Source: an uncultured delta proteobacterium (GTDB taxonomy: Bacteria > Desulfobacterota > Desulfobacteria > Desulfobacterales > Desulfatirhabdiaceae). Taken from it: a DNA stretch of 64,000 nt. Numbering within the stretch: the stretch's first letter is position 1; every line of letters starts with the position of its first letter. The stretch covers positions 32,001 through 96,000 of the forward strand of contig CAWBKP010000013.1 in assembly GCA_963789395.1 (NCBI GenBank), written 5' to 3'. Positions 52,891 to 63,261 of the stretch are shown here, in pieces. The notes beneath the pieces were generated by a model, which saw nothing but the letters and a program-made list of their open reading frames with translations, was not told the origin of the DNA and searched no databases. The position numbers and the translations under genes were made by a program.

Positions 52891-53896
52891 TGATGAAACT
52901 TAAAAAAGAATATATTTTTATTGCCCTTGCCATTGTTTTGCTTGTCGGCTACCTGTCGGTCCGGAAAACCGACCGGACCGAATACCGGCTCCCGGCCATT
53001 GCCAAAGTTGCCGGCATCCGACATCACCCGGATCGAGATTGCCCGCCAGGAAGGAACGGTTGTTCTGGAGAAAAAGGATGCAAAATGGCGGATTCAGCCC
53101 CAGGACTATCCGGCCGATTCCGGCAAGGTGACCGCCATGCTGGACAATCTGGAAAAGCTGTCCCTGACCGCACTGGTATCCGAATCCAAATCTTATTCCC
53201 GTTACGATCTGGAGCCCGATAAAGCCATCCGCGTCAAGGCCTGGGCCGGAGAGGAACTCAAGCGCGACATTCAGATCGGAAAGCCCGCGCCCACGTTTCA
53301 GCATACGTTTGTCCGGGTCGGGGATGCACCGGAGGTGTATCATGCCCAGCAGAACCTGAAAACCGCCTTTGACCAGACCGCGGACAAGCTGCGGGACAAA
53401 ACCGTTCTGGCATTCAACCTGGATGAGGTAACGGAAATCGCTATTACAAAGGAAGGCAAACAGACGATGATCCGAAAAAGCGAAACGGCCTCGCCGCCCG
53501 CGCGCCTGCTCCCGCGCGAGAGGGGAATCACCGCCTGCCGATGCGGCGGCAGCAAGCCCGTCCGAAGTCCAGTGGCTGACGGATCAGGGAAAACCCGCCG
53601 ACCTGTCCAAAATAAACCGGCTGCTTTCCATGCTTTCCCATCTGTCCTGCGAATCCTATCCTGGACGGGAAAACCATAACCGATCTTTCCGATCCGATCA
53701 TCAGCATCGCAATCAAGGGAAAAAAGACTCCACCCTGACCCTTTACGCCAAAACCGAACAGGATGCCAAGGAATATCCGGCATCATCCTCGGAAACCGCT
53801 TCCGTGTTTACCCTGCCGGACCGTCAAGCCGAGCTGCTTCTCGCGGATCCGCAGGCCCTGATCACCAATGCGGAAGCCCCGGAGAATAAAAGCTGA
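52890..53896 (+). CDS. DUF4340-domain protein (frameshifted)
   Basis: N-terminal TM, W.I....YPAD...V...L, IGK, LRDKTV; usual fourth gene of gldAFG-like operons. Confidence 0.8.
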
Positions 53897-53945
53897 GAAC
53901 GAGCAGGGTTAGCTTTTCCTTTCCCAGATACCGGAAAAGGAGAGG

Positions 53946-54717
53946 TTAACCCCTCTTGTTATTTCTTTCGCCGGAATTGCCGCCTCCTCCAAGGGAAAAA
54001 CACGCCAGAGCGCTCATGCCCGGCACGCGTCCGGGAAGGATGTAATAGTCAAAAATCATTGCCCAGGAAATCAACTTGTGGAGCCATTTGCCGATTCCCT
54101 GCGGGGCATGCAGCGTTGTCTCTCTTTTTTTCGCAAGATGCGCCGCCGCCCAACAGACGGGATATGCCAGGTGGAAAAAGTAACCGGCCCAAATGCAGTC
54201 CGCACCCAGTGCAATGGAAGTGCTTTTCAGCATTTCAAGGCTGTATCGTCTGCAATGCCCATAGCATTCATCGTAATTCGACCACAATTCCTGACAGGCG
54301 GGAACGGTAATGATCACATGCGACAGATTGGGAAACCCATCGGATCAGACGCTTCAGAAAAGCGGCGGGATCCGGAAACATGTTCAATGACATCAAGCAG
54401 CAGTATCGTGTCATAGCGCATCCTCTCAGCAAGCGGGAGATCCCAGGCGTCGATTCCCACGCGAACATGGTCCCGGACAGAAAGCACGGGCTGTGCCTTT
54501 GCCAGTTCGACGCCGGTACAATCAATCCCTTTGTCCCGCAAATATTTGACGACAATGCCCCGTCCGCACCCAACATCCAGTACGACGGCACCGGTCCCCG
54601 CGAATTTTTTGACGACATTTGTGATAAATCCTGTTTCGCGCCAGATTCCACCAGTGGTTCTCGATGCCGTCCGGATAGGCCATGGTCAAATTGATCATCG
54701 GAAAATTCGGTCGCCAT
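53946..54717 (-). CDS. Class I SAM-dependent methyltransferase (frameshifted)
   Basis: ENHWWNLARN, VLDVGCG.G, LLDVIEHV, TVPA...LWS.YD...GH.RRY. Confidence 0.8.
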
Positions 54718-55370
54718 CTAATAAATCCACCCCAGAAATCCCAGGCAGACCGCATTGGCGACGATGGCAATCGCATAAAGGCTTGCCACGGCGATGATCT
54801 TGCTGCGGATCTGCTTCAGGTTGATGACCAGAATGATCGCCACGTAAAAGTGAAAATAGCCGAAGAAAAAAATCGGCCAGATACCCAGCGGCGACAGATT
54901 CCACCATGGATATTCCCAGACCAGCAGGCCGCCCATGTTCAGCAGGCATTCCACAAAAACGCAGAAAGCCGAGTATCCGATGGCCCAGAACCATTGATTC
55001 GGCATGCCGAGGATGGTTTCATGGCGGTCTTCCGAAAGGGTGTTGTAAAAAATGATGCCGGATATGGCGAACATGAACATGATCTCGATGTTCCATCCCA
55101 CCATGGTCCGCAGGGCGGTTTCCCCCGGCGCGGTCCAGCAGGCGGACCGTTCCGTCAGATAAAGTACCCAGCCGTTCCAGGTTTCGTTGATAAAATCCAT
55201 GCCGAAAAGGGTCAGGCCGGCAAAACAGCATCCCAGTTGCCGGTCTGGCGCGCTTTTTTCATCTCGGCGGTATAGATGTAAAAAACAATGGCCAGCAAGG
55301 GAATGACGTACCATTTCAGGGTCGTCAAATCCCTTAGACCTTCCAAAGCCTGCTGTGAAGCGGGTGTCAT
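54718..55370 (-). CDS. Polytopic membrane protein of unknown function (frameshifted near 5' end)
   Basis: AGGAGG RBS; multiple Trp-rich hydrophobic segments. Confidence 0.7.
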
Positions 55371-55458
55371 GCGTTTGCCTCCTTCATCAGGGTTGAAACA
55401 GTGTAATCGGTTTCGGACGATTTAATCCGTAAATCCTCTTTCCTGCATTACCGACGCT

Positions 55459-55848
55459 TTATAAAAAGCGCGCCATGCCCGTCTTCATTTGCCGCAACCC
55501 CAGTGTCCGGTAAAACCCCTCTTTTCCGGGAGATGCGTACAAAATGACATTACAGTGAGAGAGCCTGTCCAGAATGTGCTGGATGATGGTTGTTCCAACG
55601 CCTTTCTTCTGGAATTCGGGAACGACCGCGACATCGTAGACGGCTGCCTGATAAACGCCATCTGAAATCGCCCGGCCGAAACCGATCAATTGATCGCCTT
55701 GATAGACGAACACGGCGGTATGACTGTTTTCAAACGCCTTTCTGTGATAGTCCGGGTCGCCATAAGACATGCCGACGCGTTTGAGCGTTTCCGATATTAC
55801 TTTCCAGTCTACTCCGGAACAATCAAACTTAATTTCTGTTTCCACCAA
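55459..55848 (-). CDS. GNAT N-acetyltransferase
   Basis: LIGFGRAISDG, DVAV.PEFQKKGVG, FYRTLG. Confidence 0.9.
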   Translation of the reverse strand: MVETEIKFDCSGVDWKVISETLKRVGMSYGDPDYHRKAFENSHTAVFVYQGDQLIGFGRAISDGVYQAAVYDVAVVPEFQKKGVGTTIIQHILDRLSHCNVILYASPGKEGFYRTLGLRQMKTGMARFL

Positions 55849-55988
55849 AAAACATTCTCCTTTTCAGGCAGTTCGAACCATATGCGTTTCACCTTGTCAG
55901 CCCATGGCAAGCCATTCATTGAAAATTAATGACGCATGGGTCGGTTCAACAGATCACACCGGTCCGCCGGAATTTCGAAAGCGGGAAG

Positions 55989-56348
55989 TTACACGAAAAA
56001 CTGGGTCTTCTGCGTCACCGTCGATTTAATGGTATTCAGGGTATCCTGAAGCGCCGAGATGACATTTTCCCGGATATCCCCAGCCACCACGATATACATC
56101 ACATCCTCTCCCACCTTAAGATCCATATCGCCATTGATGTGGACCAGGATTTCCACAATACCGGCCCGGTTTTTGTGCGCTTCCACAACCTGACGCAGTT
56201 TTTCCCGGTCAACGGCGATGCGAAGCCCGGATACCGGTTGTCCCTCCCGTGAGGTGGCGCGCACCACGCCATTATGGCAGAGGATCATCCCGACCTTGGG
56301 ATAATCCGGATGCTGTTTGATTCTGTCAATCAACTCGGTTAGGCTCAT
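55989..56348 (-). CDS. moaE: MoaE-like molybdopterin synthase subunit
   Basis: GMILCHNGVVR...L.VGEDVM..VVAGDIRE. Confidence 0.8.
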   Translation of the reverse strand: MSLTELIDRIKQHPDYPKVGMILCHNGVVRATSREGQPVSGLRIAVDREKLRQVVEAHKNRAGIVEILVHINGDMDLKVGEDVMYIVVAGDIRENVISALQDTLNTIKSTVTQKTQFFV

Positions 56349-56960
56349 GACAACTCCTTTTCCAAAGACGCCACGCGCATCAGGTCTTCGGGGGTATTGA
56401 TATTGATGAACGAAACCAGATCGGGATCCGCTTTCCGCAATCTGGCTTCGGAAATTCGATTGATCCGGGATTTGTGAAATACCTGCTGGATCTTCAGCTT
56501 TTCCTGCCGGATATGCGTCGCGATGCTGTTCAGGCAGGATTTGGAATAGACCGCGCATAGCGGTTCTAAGCCCTTTGTCGGTTTCCGGCATGACCACATC
56601 CGCACCGGGCCTGGCCTGTGAAATCAGCAAGTGGACCAGTTCCTGTTTTAGAAACGGCGCATCGCAGGCACTGACAAAAGCATAGGGCCGGGAGGTGTAA
56701 AACAGCCCGGCGTGAATGCCGGTTAAAGAACTGCGGACCTGAAACAGGTCCGATACCATCAGCAGGTTCCAGTCCAGATACGCCTGAGGGGTATTGGTGA
56801 CCAGAATGATTTCGCTGAAAACTTCTGAATACACCGCATGGATATGATCCAGAATCCGCTTGCCATTGACCTCGATCATGGCCTTGTCTCTGCCGTTAAA
56901 CCGCGTGCTCATGCCGCCGGCAAGAATGACGCCCGAACACTTTTCACTGAATGGCTTCAT
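56345..56960 (-). CDS. mobA: Molybdenum cofactor guanylyltransferase (frameshift near 56570)
   Basis: ILAGG.S.RF...K, ACDAPF, EPLCAVYS, NINTPED. Confidence 0.92.
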
Positions 56961-57222
56961 GAATGACTGCCTGCTGAAAGTAAAGGAATTATGACTGATT
57001 TCAGTTTATGAATGATTTCCCCAAAAAACGCAAATGGTTCTCTCGGGTATCACCGGACCCGATCGATATCCTCCTGCCACCTCATAACTGCAAAAAGAGT
57101 AACGCCGCATATTGCCATTCCGGCTTTCCTGTAATAAAAAGGAAAGAAAAGAATAAAAATTGCCGGAACTGGACCCAAAAGCCACAAAACCGGAGTGCGG
57201 GGACTATCAAGGAGGAATTTCA

Positions 57223-58001
57223 ATGAATTACGAAGAGATACTTTTTTCCGCGGAAGGACCTGTCGGATATCTGACATTGAACAATCCGTCAAAATTCAAC
57301 GCCCTGTCCAAAAAAATGATCGGCGAAATGATCCATTTGCTGACGGCCTTATCGAGTGGATGAATCAATCAAGGTCATCGTCATCCGGGCCGCCGGAAAA
57401 CATTTCTGCGCAGGACATGACCTGTCCGAGATGCGGGAACAGGGCATGAAGGAATACAAGTTTATTTTCGACCAGTGCACGCAGATGATGCAGCTGATTC
57501 ACGCGATTCCCCAGCCGGTCATTGCCCAGGTTCAGGGGGTCGCCACAGCTGCCGGATGTCAGCTGGTGGCCTGGTGCGATCTGGCGGTGGCAGAAGAAGG
57601 CGCCAGGTTTGCAACTCCCGGGCGTCAAGATCGGCCTGTTCTGCACCACCCCCATGGTGGCGATCTCCCGGGCCATCGGACGCAAGGCTGCCATGGAAAT
57701 GCTGCTGACCGGCCGGTTTTTTCCGGCATCCGAAGCCAAAGAATTGGGCCTGATCAACCGCGTCGTGCCGCTTGAAGATCTGCCCGGGGAAACCAAAAAA
57801 CTGGCCGTGCAGATCGCAGAAGCCAGCCGCTTTGTCCTGGGTATCGGCAAACAGGGCTTTTACGCCCAGATCGATCAGCCGGACGACGCTGCCATGAATT
57901 ACGCCAAACACACCATCACCATGAATCTGACAGCCGAAGACGCCCAGAACGGCATTGCAGCATTTATTGAAAAGAAAACGCCGGTGTGGAAAAACCGCTA
58001 A
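57223..58001 (+). CDS. Enoyl-CoA hydratase/isomerase (frameshifted)
   Basis: FCAGHDL, ATAAGCQLVA.CDL, PGVKIGLFCTTP. Confidence 0.9.
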
Positions 58002-58317
58002 GTGATCCGGTCAACTCACAATACGCTCTCGAATTGGAACTTGGTCTGTTAAGATAAAAGGAGATGAATCCGATGGCTGATCACAACTGTAGAATTGTTC
58101 TTTCAGGGCAAAATACGACAACAATCCCAAATCGTTTTTGGGGCGGATATGGAGATGGCATGCCGGATGGTGTCCGGATGGAAGGCTATTGAAATCTCTT
58201 GCGGACCGAAAGAGATGAATAATTGAGAAGTACATCTGAAAAGATAATCGAGAAAGTCCTCGATCTATTGATGACACATTCTCTGTCATTCACCCTGATT
58301 TTAGCTAAAGGAGGTTT

Positions 58318-58893
58318 GTGAAAGCATTCAATATCTATCTGACAGGCGTCGGCGGACAGGGAATCGGCCTTCTGAGCGAAATATTGCTTCGGGCAGCCGA
58401 CCATGCCGGTTTTCCGGTAAAAGGGGTGGATACGCACGGGCTTGCGCAGCGCGGCGGGATCGTGGTATCCCAGATCCGCATGGGAAGCGAGGTCCACTCT
58501 CCGTTGATCCGTCAGGGTAAAGCCGACCTGGTTGTGGCCCTGGAGCGGCACGAGGCATTCCGGGGAATCACCGCATATCTGAAAGACGGCGGCAACGCCA
58601 TCTATTACGATGCGGTCTGGCAGCCCCTGCCGGTTCGTCTGAATCAGGCATCCGAAGTGGATAACGACACCATTCTGACCCATTGCCGCCAAAGAAACAT
58701 TCAGGTAATCCGCGTGTTGAAACCCGGCCTTGCCGATGCCCGCATGCAGAACATGGCCGTTCTTGCCGGAATCCATCAGAATCGGTTGATTCCCGGCATC
58801 GTGCTGGACCACTACAAAACCGCCATGTCCGATCTCATGGAAGGCGCCATGCTGGAAAATAACATGGCATTAATGAATGAAATTCTCTCCTGA
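58318..58893 (+). CDS. iorB: Indolepyruvate oxidoreductase beta-like subunit
   Basis: IYLTGVGGQG, HGLAQRGG.V.S..R.G, SPLI..G.AD. Confidence 0.85.
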   Translation: MKAFNIYLTGVGGQGIGLLSEILLRAADHAGFPVKGVDTHGLAQRGGIVVSQIRMGSEVHSPLIRQGKADLVVALERHEAFRGITAYLKDGGNAIYYDAVWQPLPVRLNQASEVDNDTILTHCRQRNIQVIRVLKPGLADARMQNMAVLAGIHQNRLIPGIVLDHYKTAMSDLMEGAMLENNMALMNEILS

Positions 58894-58909
58894 AAAGGAA
58901 TTCGACATC

Positions 58910-59716
58910 ATGGCTGCACCCGATCCATTCAAGATTGAAAATGAAGGCCCCATCGCCTGGCTGATTCTCAACCGACCGGACAAACGAAACAGCATGGGGA
59001 TGGATTTTTTTTCGTCGCTTCAGACCCATTTTCTGGAGCTTGACCGGAATCCGGAAGTTCGGGTGGTGGTGATCCGCGCCGAAGGCAAAAGCTTTACCGC
59101 AGGGCTCGACCTGATGGAAGCAGGGGCTTTGATTGCCGACACGTCCGCCGCAGGCCGTGAAACGCTCAGGCAGACCATCGGCCGTCTGCAGGAAAGCATT
59201 TCATCCATTGAAAAATGCAGAAAGCCGGTTATCGCCGCCATCCACGGCCACTGCATCGGCGGCGGCATCGACTTGATCAGCGCCTGCGACATCCGCATCG
59301 CGGCAGCCGATACCACATTCAGCATCCGCGAGACCCGCATCGCCATTATTGCGGACCTGGGAACTCTTCAGCGCCTGCCGCACATTATCGGACAGGGCTG
59401 GTTCGGAGAGCTGGCCCTGACGGGCCGGGACTTTGCCGCGGAAGAAGCCCTGAAAATGGGATTGATCACCCGCATGTGCAACTCCCATCCGGAGCTGGTG
59501 GATGAGGCCCGCAGGCTGGCCCTGCAGATTGCCTCCCTTGCCCCGCTGACGGTTCAGGGCATAAAGGATGTGATGCTTTACAACCGGGATCACGGCGTGG
59601 ATTCGGGGCTGCGGTATGTGGCCCAGAAAAACGCCGCCTGTCTGCCTTCCGATGACCTGATCGAGGCGGTCACCGCATTCATGGAAAAGCGGCCCCCGGC
59701 TTTCAAGGGAAATTGA
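58910..59716 (+). CDS. Crotonase-family enzyme (dienoyl-CoA isomerase-like)
   Basis: FTAGLDL, CIGGGIDLISACDIR, ADLGTLQRLP. Confidence 0.92.
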   Translation: MAAPDPFKIENEGPIAWLILNRPDKRNSMGMDFFSSLQTHFLELDRNPEVRVVVIRAEGKSFTAGLDLMEAGALIADTSAAGRETLRQTIGRLQESISSIEKCRKPVIAAIHGHCIGGGIDLISACDIRIAAADTTFSIRETRIAIIADLGTLQRLPHIIGQGWFGELALTGRDFAAEEALKMGLITRMCNSHPELVDEARRLALQIASLAPLTVQGIKDVMLYNRDHGVDSGLRYVAQKNAACLPSDDLIEAVTAFMEKRPPAFKGN

Positions 59717-59755
59717 CGGCCGGCCGGAGATTTTCAAACGACTTTTGGAGGACTT

Positions 59756-60904
59756 ATGCTGGAAAAAGGGGCACTGACCGGAATCACCGTACTGGATCTG
59801 TCAAGACTTCTGCCCGGACCCTTTGGTTCGATGATTCTGGCAGATCACGGCGCGCGGGTGATTTCCATCGAAGACAAGCGCTTTATCGCGGATGGCTTTT
59901 TTATTACCACCGTCAACCGGAACAAGGAACACATTTCCCTGGATTTAAAGACCGCCGAGGGAAAGGAAATTTTCTTCCGCCTGGTCAAAACAGCCGATGT
60001 CGTGATGGAGGGATTCCGGCCGGGAGTCGTTCAGCGCCTGGGGGTGGATTATGATACGGTCTGCAGGGTCAATCCGGGCATCATTTACTGTTCCATTACC
60101 GGCTATGGCCAGACAGGCCCCTGCGTAAACCGGGTCGGCCACGATGTCAATTATCTGAGCAATGCGGGAATCCTCGATCTGATCGGCCAGGCTGATGCCT
60201 CTCCGGCCATCCCCGGCGTTCAGATCGCAGACATCGCCGGCGGCGGCATGAACGCGGTTATCGGCATTCTTCTGGCTCTTTTTGCCAGAAATCAATCCGG
60301 CAAGGGCCAGTATATTGATATTTCCATGACGGACGGCATGCTGGGGTTTTTATCCATCCCGCTTTTTTTTCATCAGATGACCAGCAAGATTCCCACCCGA
60401 TCGGATGCCATACTGTCTCACCGGTATGCCTGTTACAATACCTACGAAACAGCGGATGGCCGATTCCTCTCCATCGGCGCCGTTGAACACCGCTTCTGGA
60501 AAAAGCTCTGCGAGCACCTGGAATTGCCGGAATATATCGATCTGCAGTATGATGACAGCGTGCGGATGGAAATCATCGACACCCTGCGCGCTGTTTTCCG
60601 CCGGAAAACACTTGACCAGTGGAACAGCGATCTCGGAGACCTGGAAATTTGCTGGGGCAAGGTTCAAAATCTTGAAGATGTATTGAAAGACCCTCTGTTC
60701 AGGGAAAGGGAAATGGTCATTGACCTTGAAGGAAAAGACGGCAAATCAACGCCGGTATTTGGCGTTTCCGTCAAACTGAGCCGGACACCCGGCACGGTGC
60801 GCACCCCGGCCGTCGGATTCGGAGAAAGCACGGTTTCCATTTTGCGGGAAATCGGGTATGCTGAGAATGATATTGCCGCGTTTCAGAAAAACGGCATTGT
60901 ATAA
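59756..60904 (+). CDS. CaiB/BaiF family III CoA-transferase / racemase
   Basis: DLSRLLPGP, NRNK, EGFRPGV, GYGQTGP, GHDVNY. Confidence 0.93.
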   Translation: MLEKGALTGITVLDLSRLLPGPFGSMILADHGARVISIEDKRFIADGFFITTVNRNKEHISLDLKTAEGKEIFFRLVKTADVVMEGFRPGVVQRLGVDYDTVCRVNPGIIYCSITGYGQTGPCVNRVGHDVNYLSNAGILDLIGQADASPAIPGVQIADIAGGGMNAVIGILLALFARNQSGKGQYIDISMTDGMLGFLSIPLFFHQMTSKIPTRSDAILSHRYACYNTYETADGRFLSIGAVEHRFWKKLCEHLELPEYIDLQYDDSVRMEIIDTLRAVFRRKTLDQWNSDLGDLEICWGKVQNLEDVLKDPLFREREMVIDLEGKDGKSTPVFGVSVKLSRTPGTVRTPAVGFGESTVSILREIGYAENDIAAFQKNGIV

Positions 60905-60922
60905 AATCCGGAGGCTTTTGAT

Positions 60923-61456
60923 ATGACCGTCGAAATGCAACTGCGAAACAGGCTGGAAGCCCGGCAGGGAGATATTACCCGGCTGAAGGTAGACGCCATC
61001 GTCAATGCCGCCAACACGTCGCTTCTCGGCGGCGGCGGGGTTGACGGCGCCATTCACCGTGCAGCCGGAAAAGAGCTTCTGGCCGAATGCCGGTCAATCG
61101 GCGGATGTCCGGTCGGCGAAGCCCGGATTACCCGGGGATACCTTCTGCCGGCCCGCTACGTCATTCACACGGTCGGTCCGGTTTACACGGGTACGGCTCA
61201 GGATGCGGTTCTGCTTTCCCGATGCTATAAAAACAGCCTGAAGCTGGCCGCGCAACACCACCTTGCAAGCATCGCTTTTCCGGCCATCAGCTGCGGCGCT
61301 TACGGGTATCCGATTGAAAAAGCCAGCAAGATTGCAGTGGATACCTGCCGCAAGGCCCTGGATGTCTGGCCGGTCATTCAACAAATCAGTTTCGTCCTGT
61401 TTTCCGACGCGGACCATGCCGTCTACCAACGCGCCCTGGCAGGCGGTATCGTATAA
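60923..61456 (+). CDS. ymdB: Macrodomain O-acetyl-ADP-ribose deacetylase (YmdB-like)
   Basis: [37 protein letters not shown]. Confidence 0.93.
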   Translation: MTVEMQLRNRLEARQGDITRLKVDAIVNAANTSLLGGGGVDGAIHRAAGKELLAECRSIGGCPVGEARITRGYLLPARYVIHTVGPVYTGTAQDAVLLSRCYKNSLKLAAQHHLASIAFPAISCGAYGYPIEKASKIAVDTCRKALDVWPVIQQISFVLFSDADHAVYQRALAGGIV

Positions 61457-61467
61457 GGGAAGTCTTC

Positions 61468-62025
61468 ATGGAACTGGGCATTCTGCAGACAGGGATATTG
61501 ATTTTTTTGGCCAGGGTGTGTGATGTTTCGCTGGGAACCGTTCGAACCATCATCACGGTTCAGGGAAGATCCGTGCTGGCGTTTTTTCTGGGGCTGTTTG
61601 AAGTGCTCATCTGGATCACCATTGTCAGTACCGTTGTCCTGCAAATCAAGGAATCCCCGGTTCTGGCGCTTTTTTATGCATTCGGGTATGCCACCGGAAA
61701 CGTGGTGGGAATCCTGGTAGAGCGCAAGCTGGCCTTCGGGCTTATGGTGCTGCGGATTATTACCACCGACACCGATCAGAAACTGGCGGAACGGCTGAGA
61801 AGCAAAGGACTGGCTGTAACCGTTTTTCCCGGCCAAGGGAGGGACGGAACCGTTGCCTTGCTTTATACGGCGGTCCGCCGCAAGGATCTGCCCTGGATTC
61901 TGTCCCTTGTCAAGGAAGAAGACCCCGGGGCCTTTTATATCACCGAACAGGCCAGAGATGTCAGCAAATCCCTCAAGCCCATTTCCACTACCTGCGATGC
62001 CGCCTGGATGCCATTGAGAAAGTGA
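61468..62025 (+). CDS. DUF2179/DUF5698 membrane protein
   Basis: ARV.DVSLGT.R, GYATGN.VG, DPGAF. Confidence 0.85.
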   Translation: MELGILQTGILIFLARVCDVSLGTVRTIITVQGRSVLAFFLGLFEVLIWITIVSTVVLQIKESPVLALFYAFGYATGNVVGILVERKLAFGLMVLRIITTDTDQKLAERLRSKGLAVTVFPGQGRDGTVALLYTAVRRKDLPWILSLVKEEDPGAFYITEQARDVSKSLKPISTTCDAAWMPLRK

Positions 62026-62031
62026 ACCCGA

Positions 62032-63261
62032 ATGAAAATCGCATATTTTGACTGTTTTGCCGGCGCCAGCGGCGACATGATTCTGGGGGCGATGGTGGAT
62101 GCCGGACTCGATCCGGATCTGCTGAACCGCGAACTGGCCAAACTTCATCTGGATCACTGGTCTCTCAGTTTCAAGCCGGCGCTCAAAAGAGGTATCGGCG
62201 GCTGCCAGGCAGTCGTTGATATCGATACCCATGCGCATCATTCGCACAGAGGCCTTCACGATATCCGCACCCTGATCGAGGCCAGCAGGCTTTCCGCGGA
62301 CATCCGGGATAAAAGTATGGCGATCTTCACCCGGCTGGCCGGGGCTGAGGCCAGGGTTCACCGGACTACGGTCGAAGCGGTGCATTTTCATGAAGTCGGG
62401 GCCATCGATGCCATCATCGATGTGGTTGGAGCCGTTTCAGGGCTGTCGCTTCTGGGAATTGAAGCCGTCTATTGCTCCGCCCTTCATCTGGGTTCTGGGA
62501 CCGTTACCTGCGCCCATGGCGTGTTGCCGGTACCGGCGCCGGCAACACTTGAGCTCGTCAAGGAAATCCCGGTCTACGCAACGGCCATTCAAGGAGAACT
62601 GCTGACCCCGACCGGAGCCGCCATCCTGACCACGCTGGCCAAGGGATTCGGCCCCCTGCCGGCGCTGACGGTTGAAACATCCGGTTACGGCGCCGGCATG
62701 TCGAATCCGGAAATCCCCAATCTGCTTCGGGTGCTCATCGGCAACGCCGCTTTGGATATGCATGACTGCGAGATGGATCAGGTCGCTGTCCTTGAAACCA
62801 CTATCGATGACATGAACCCGCAGATATATGATTATGTGATGCAGCAGGCTTTCAGCCTGGGAGCCCTGGATATCTTTCTAAATCCCGTCCAGATGAAGAA
62901 AAACAGACCCGGCATTCTGCTGACCCTGATGTGCAGACCTGATGATCTTCAGCGATTTTCGCGCTTTCTGCTGCAAGAAACCACATCCATCGGACTGCGA
63001 TGGCGTTTTGAAAACCGGATCAAAGCCAGACGGGAAATCCGGGAAATATCGACTTCCCTGGGAACTGTCCGGGTGAAAACAGCATGGATTCAGGATGACA
63101 TCCTCCATCGGTCACCGGAATTCGAGGACTGCAAAAAAATTGCGTTAATGCGGAACATCCCGTTAAAAACAGTCATCGCTCAGGTTTGTCGAGAGATTTC
63201 CCCAAGCGATAAGATTGAACCCGGCAAGTCAGGCGGCACACATGAAACAGTTCTATTATAA
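62032..63261 (+). CDS. larC: Nickel-pincer cofactor biosynthesis protein LarC
   Basis: YFDCFAGASGDM.LGA, HFHEVGA.D, HG.LPVPAPAT, TPTGAA, MKK.RPG, ETTSIG.R. Confidence 0.95.
   Translation: MKIAYFDCFAGASGDMILGAMVDAGLDPDLLNRELAKLHLDHWSLSFKPALKRGIGGCQAVVDIDTHAHHSHRGLHDIRTLIEASRLSADIRDKSMAIFTRLAGAEARVHRTTVEAVHFHEVGAIDAIIDVVGAVSGLSLLGIEAVYCSALHLGSGTVTCAHGVLPVPAPATLELVKEIPVYATAIQGELLTPTGAAILTTLAKGFGPLPALTVETSGYGAGMSNPEIPNLLRVLIGNAALDMHDCEMDQVAVLETTIDDMNPQIYDYVMQQAFSLGALDIFLNPVQMKKNRPGILLTLMCRPDDLQRFSRFLLQETTSIGLRWRFENRIKARREIREISTSLGTVRVKTAWIQDDILHRSPEFEDCKKIALMRNIPLKTVIAQVCREISPSDKIEPGKSGGTHETVLL

Noticed and set aside
55989..56960. Apparent MobA-MoaE fusion (323-aa ORF)
   Set aside because: Frameshift artefact: the MobA C-terminus (EPLCAVYS...NINTPED) is in another frame ending at 56345, and moaE has its own RBS and ATG
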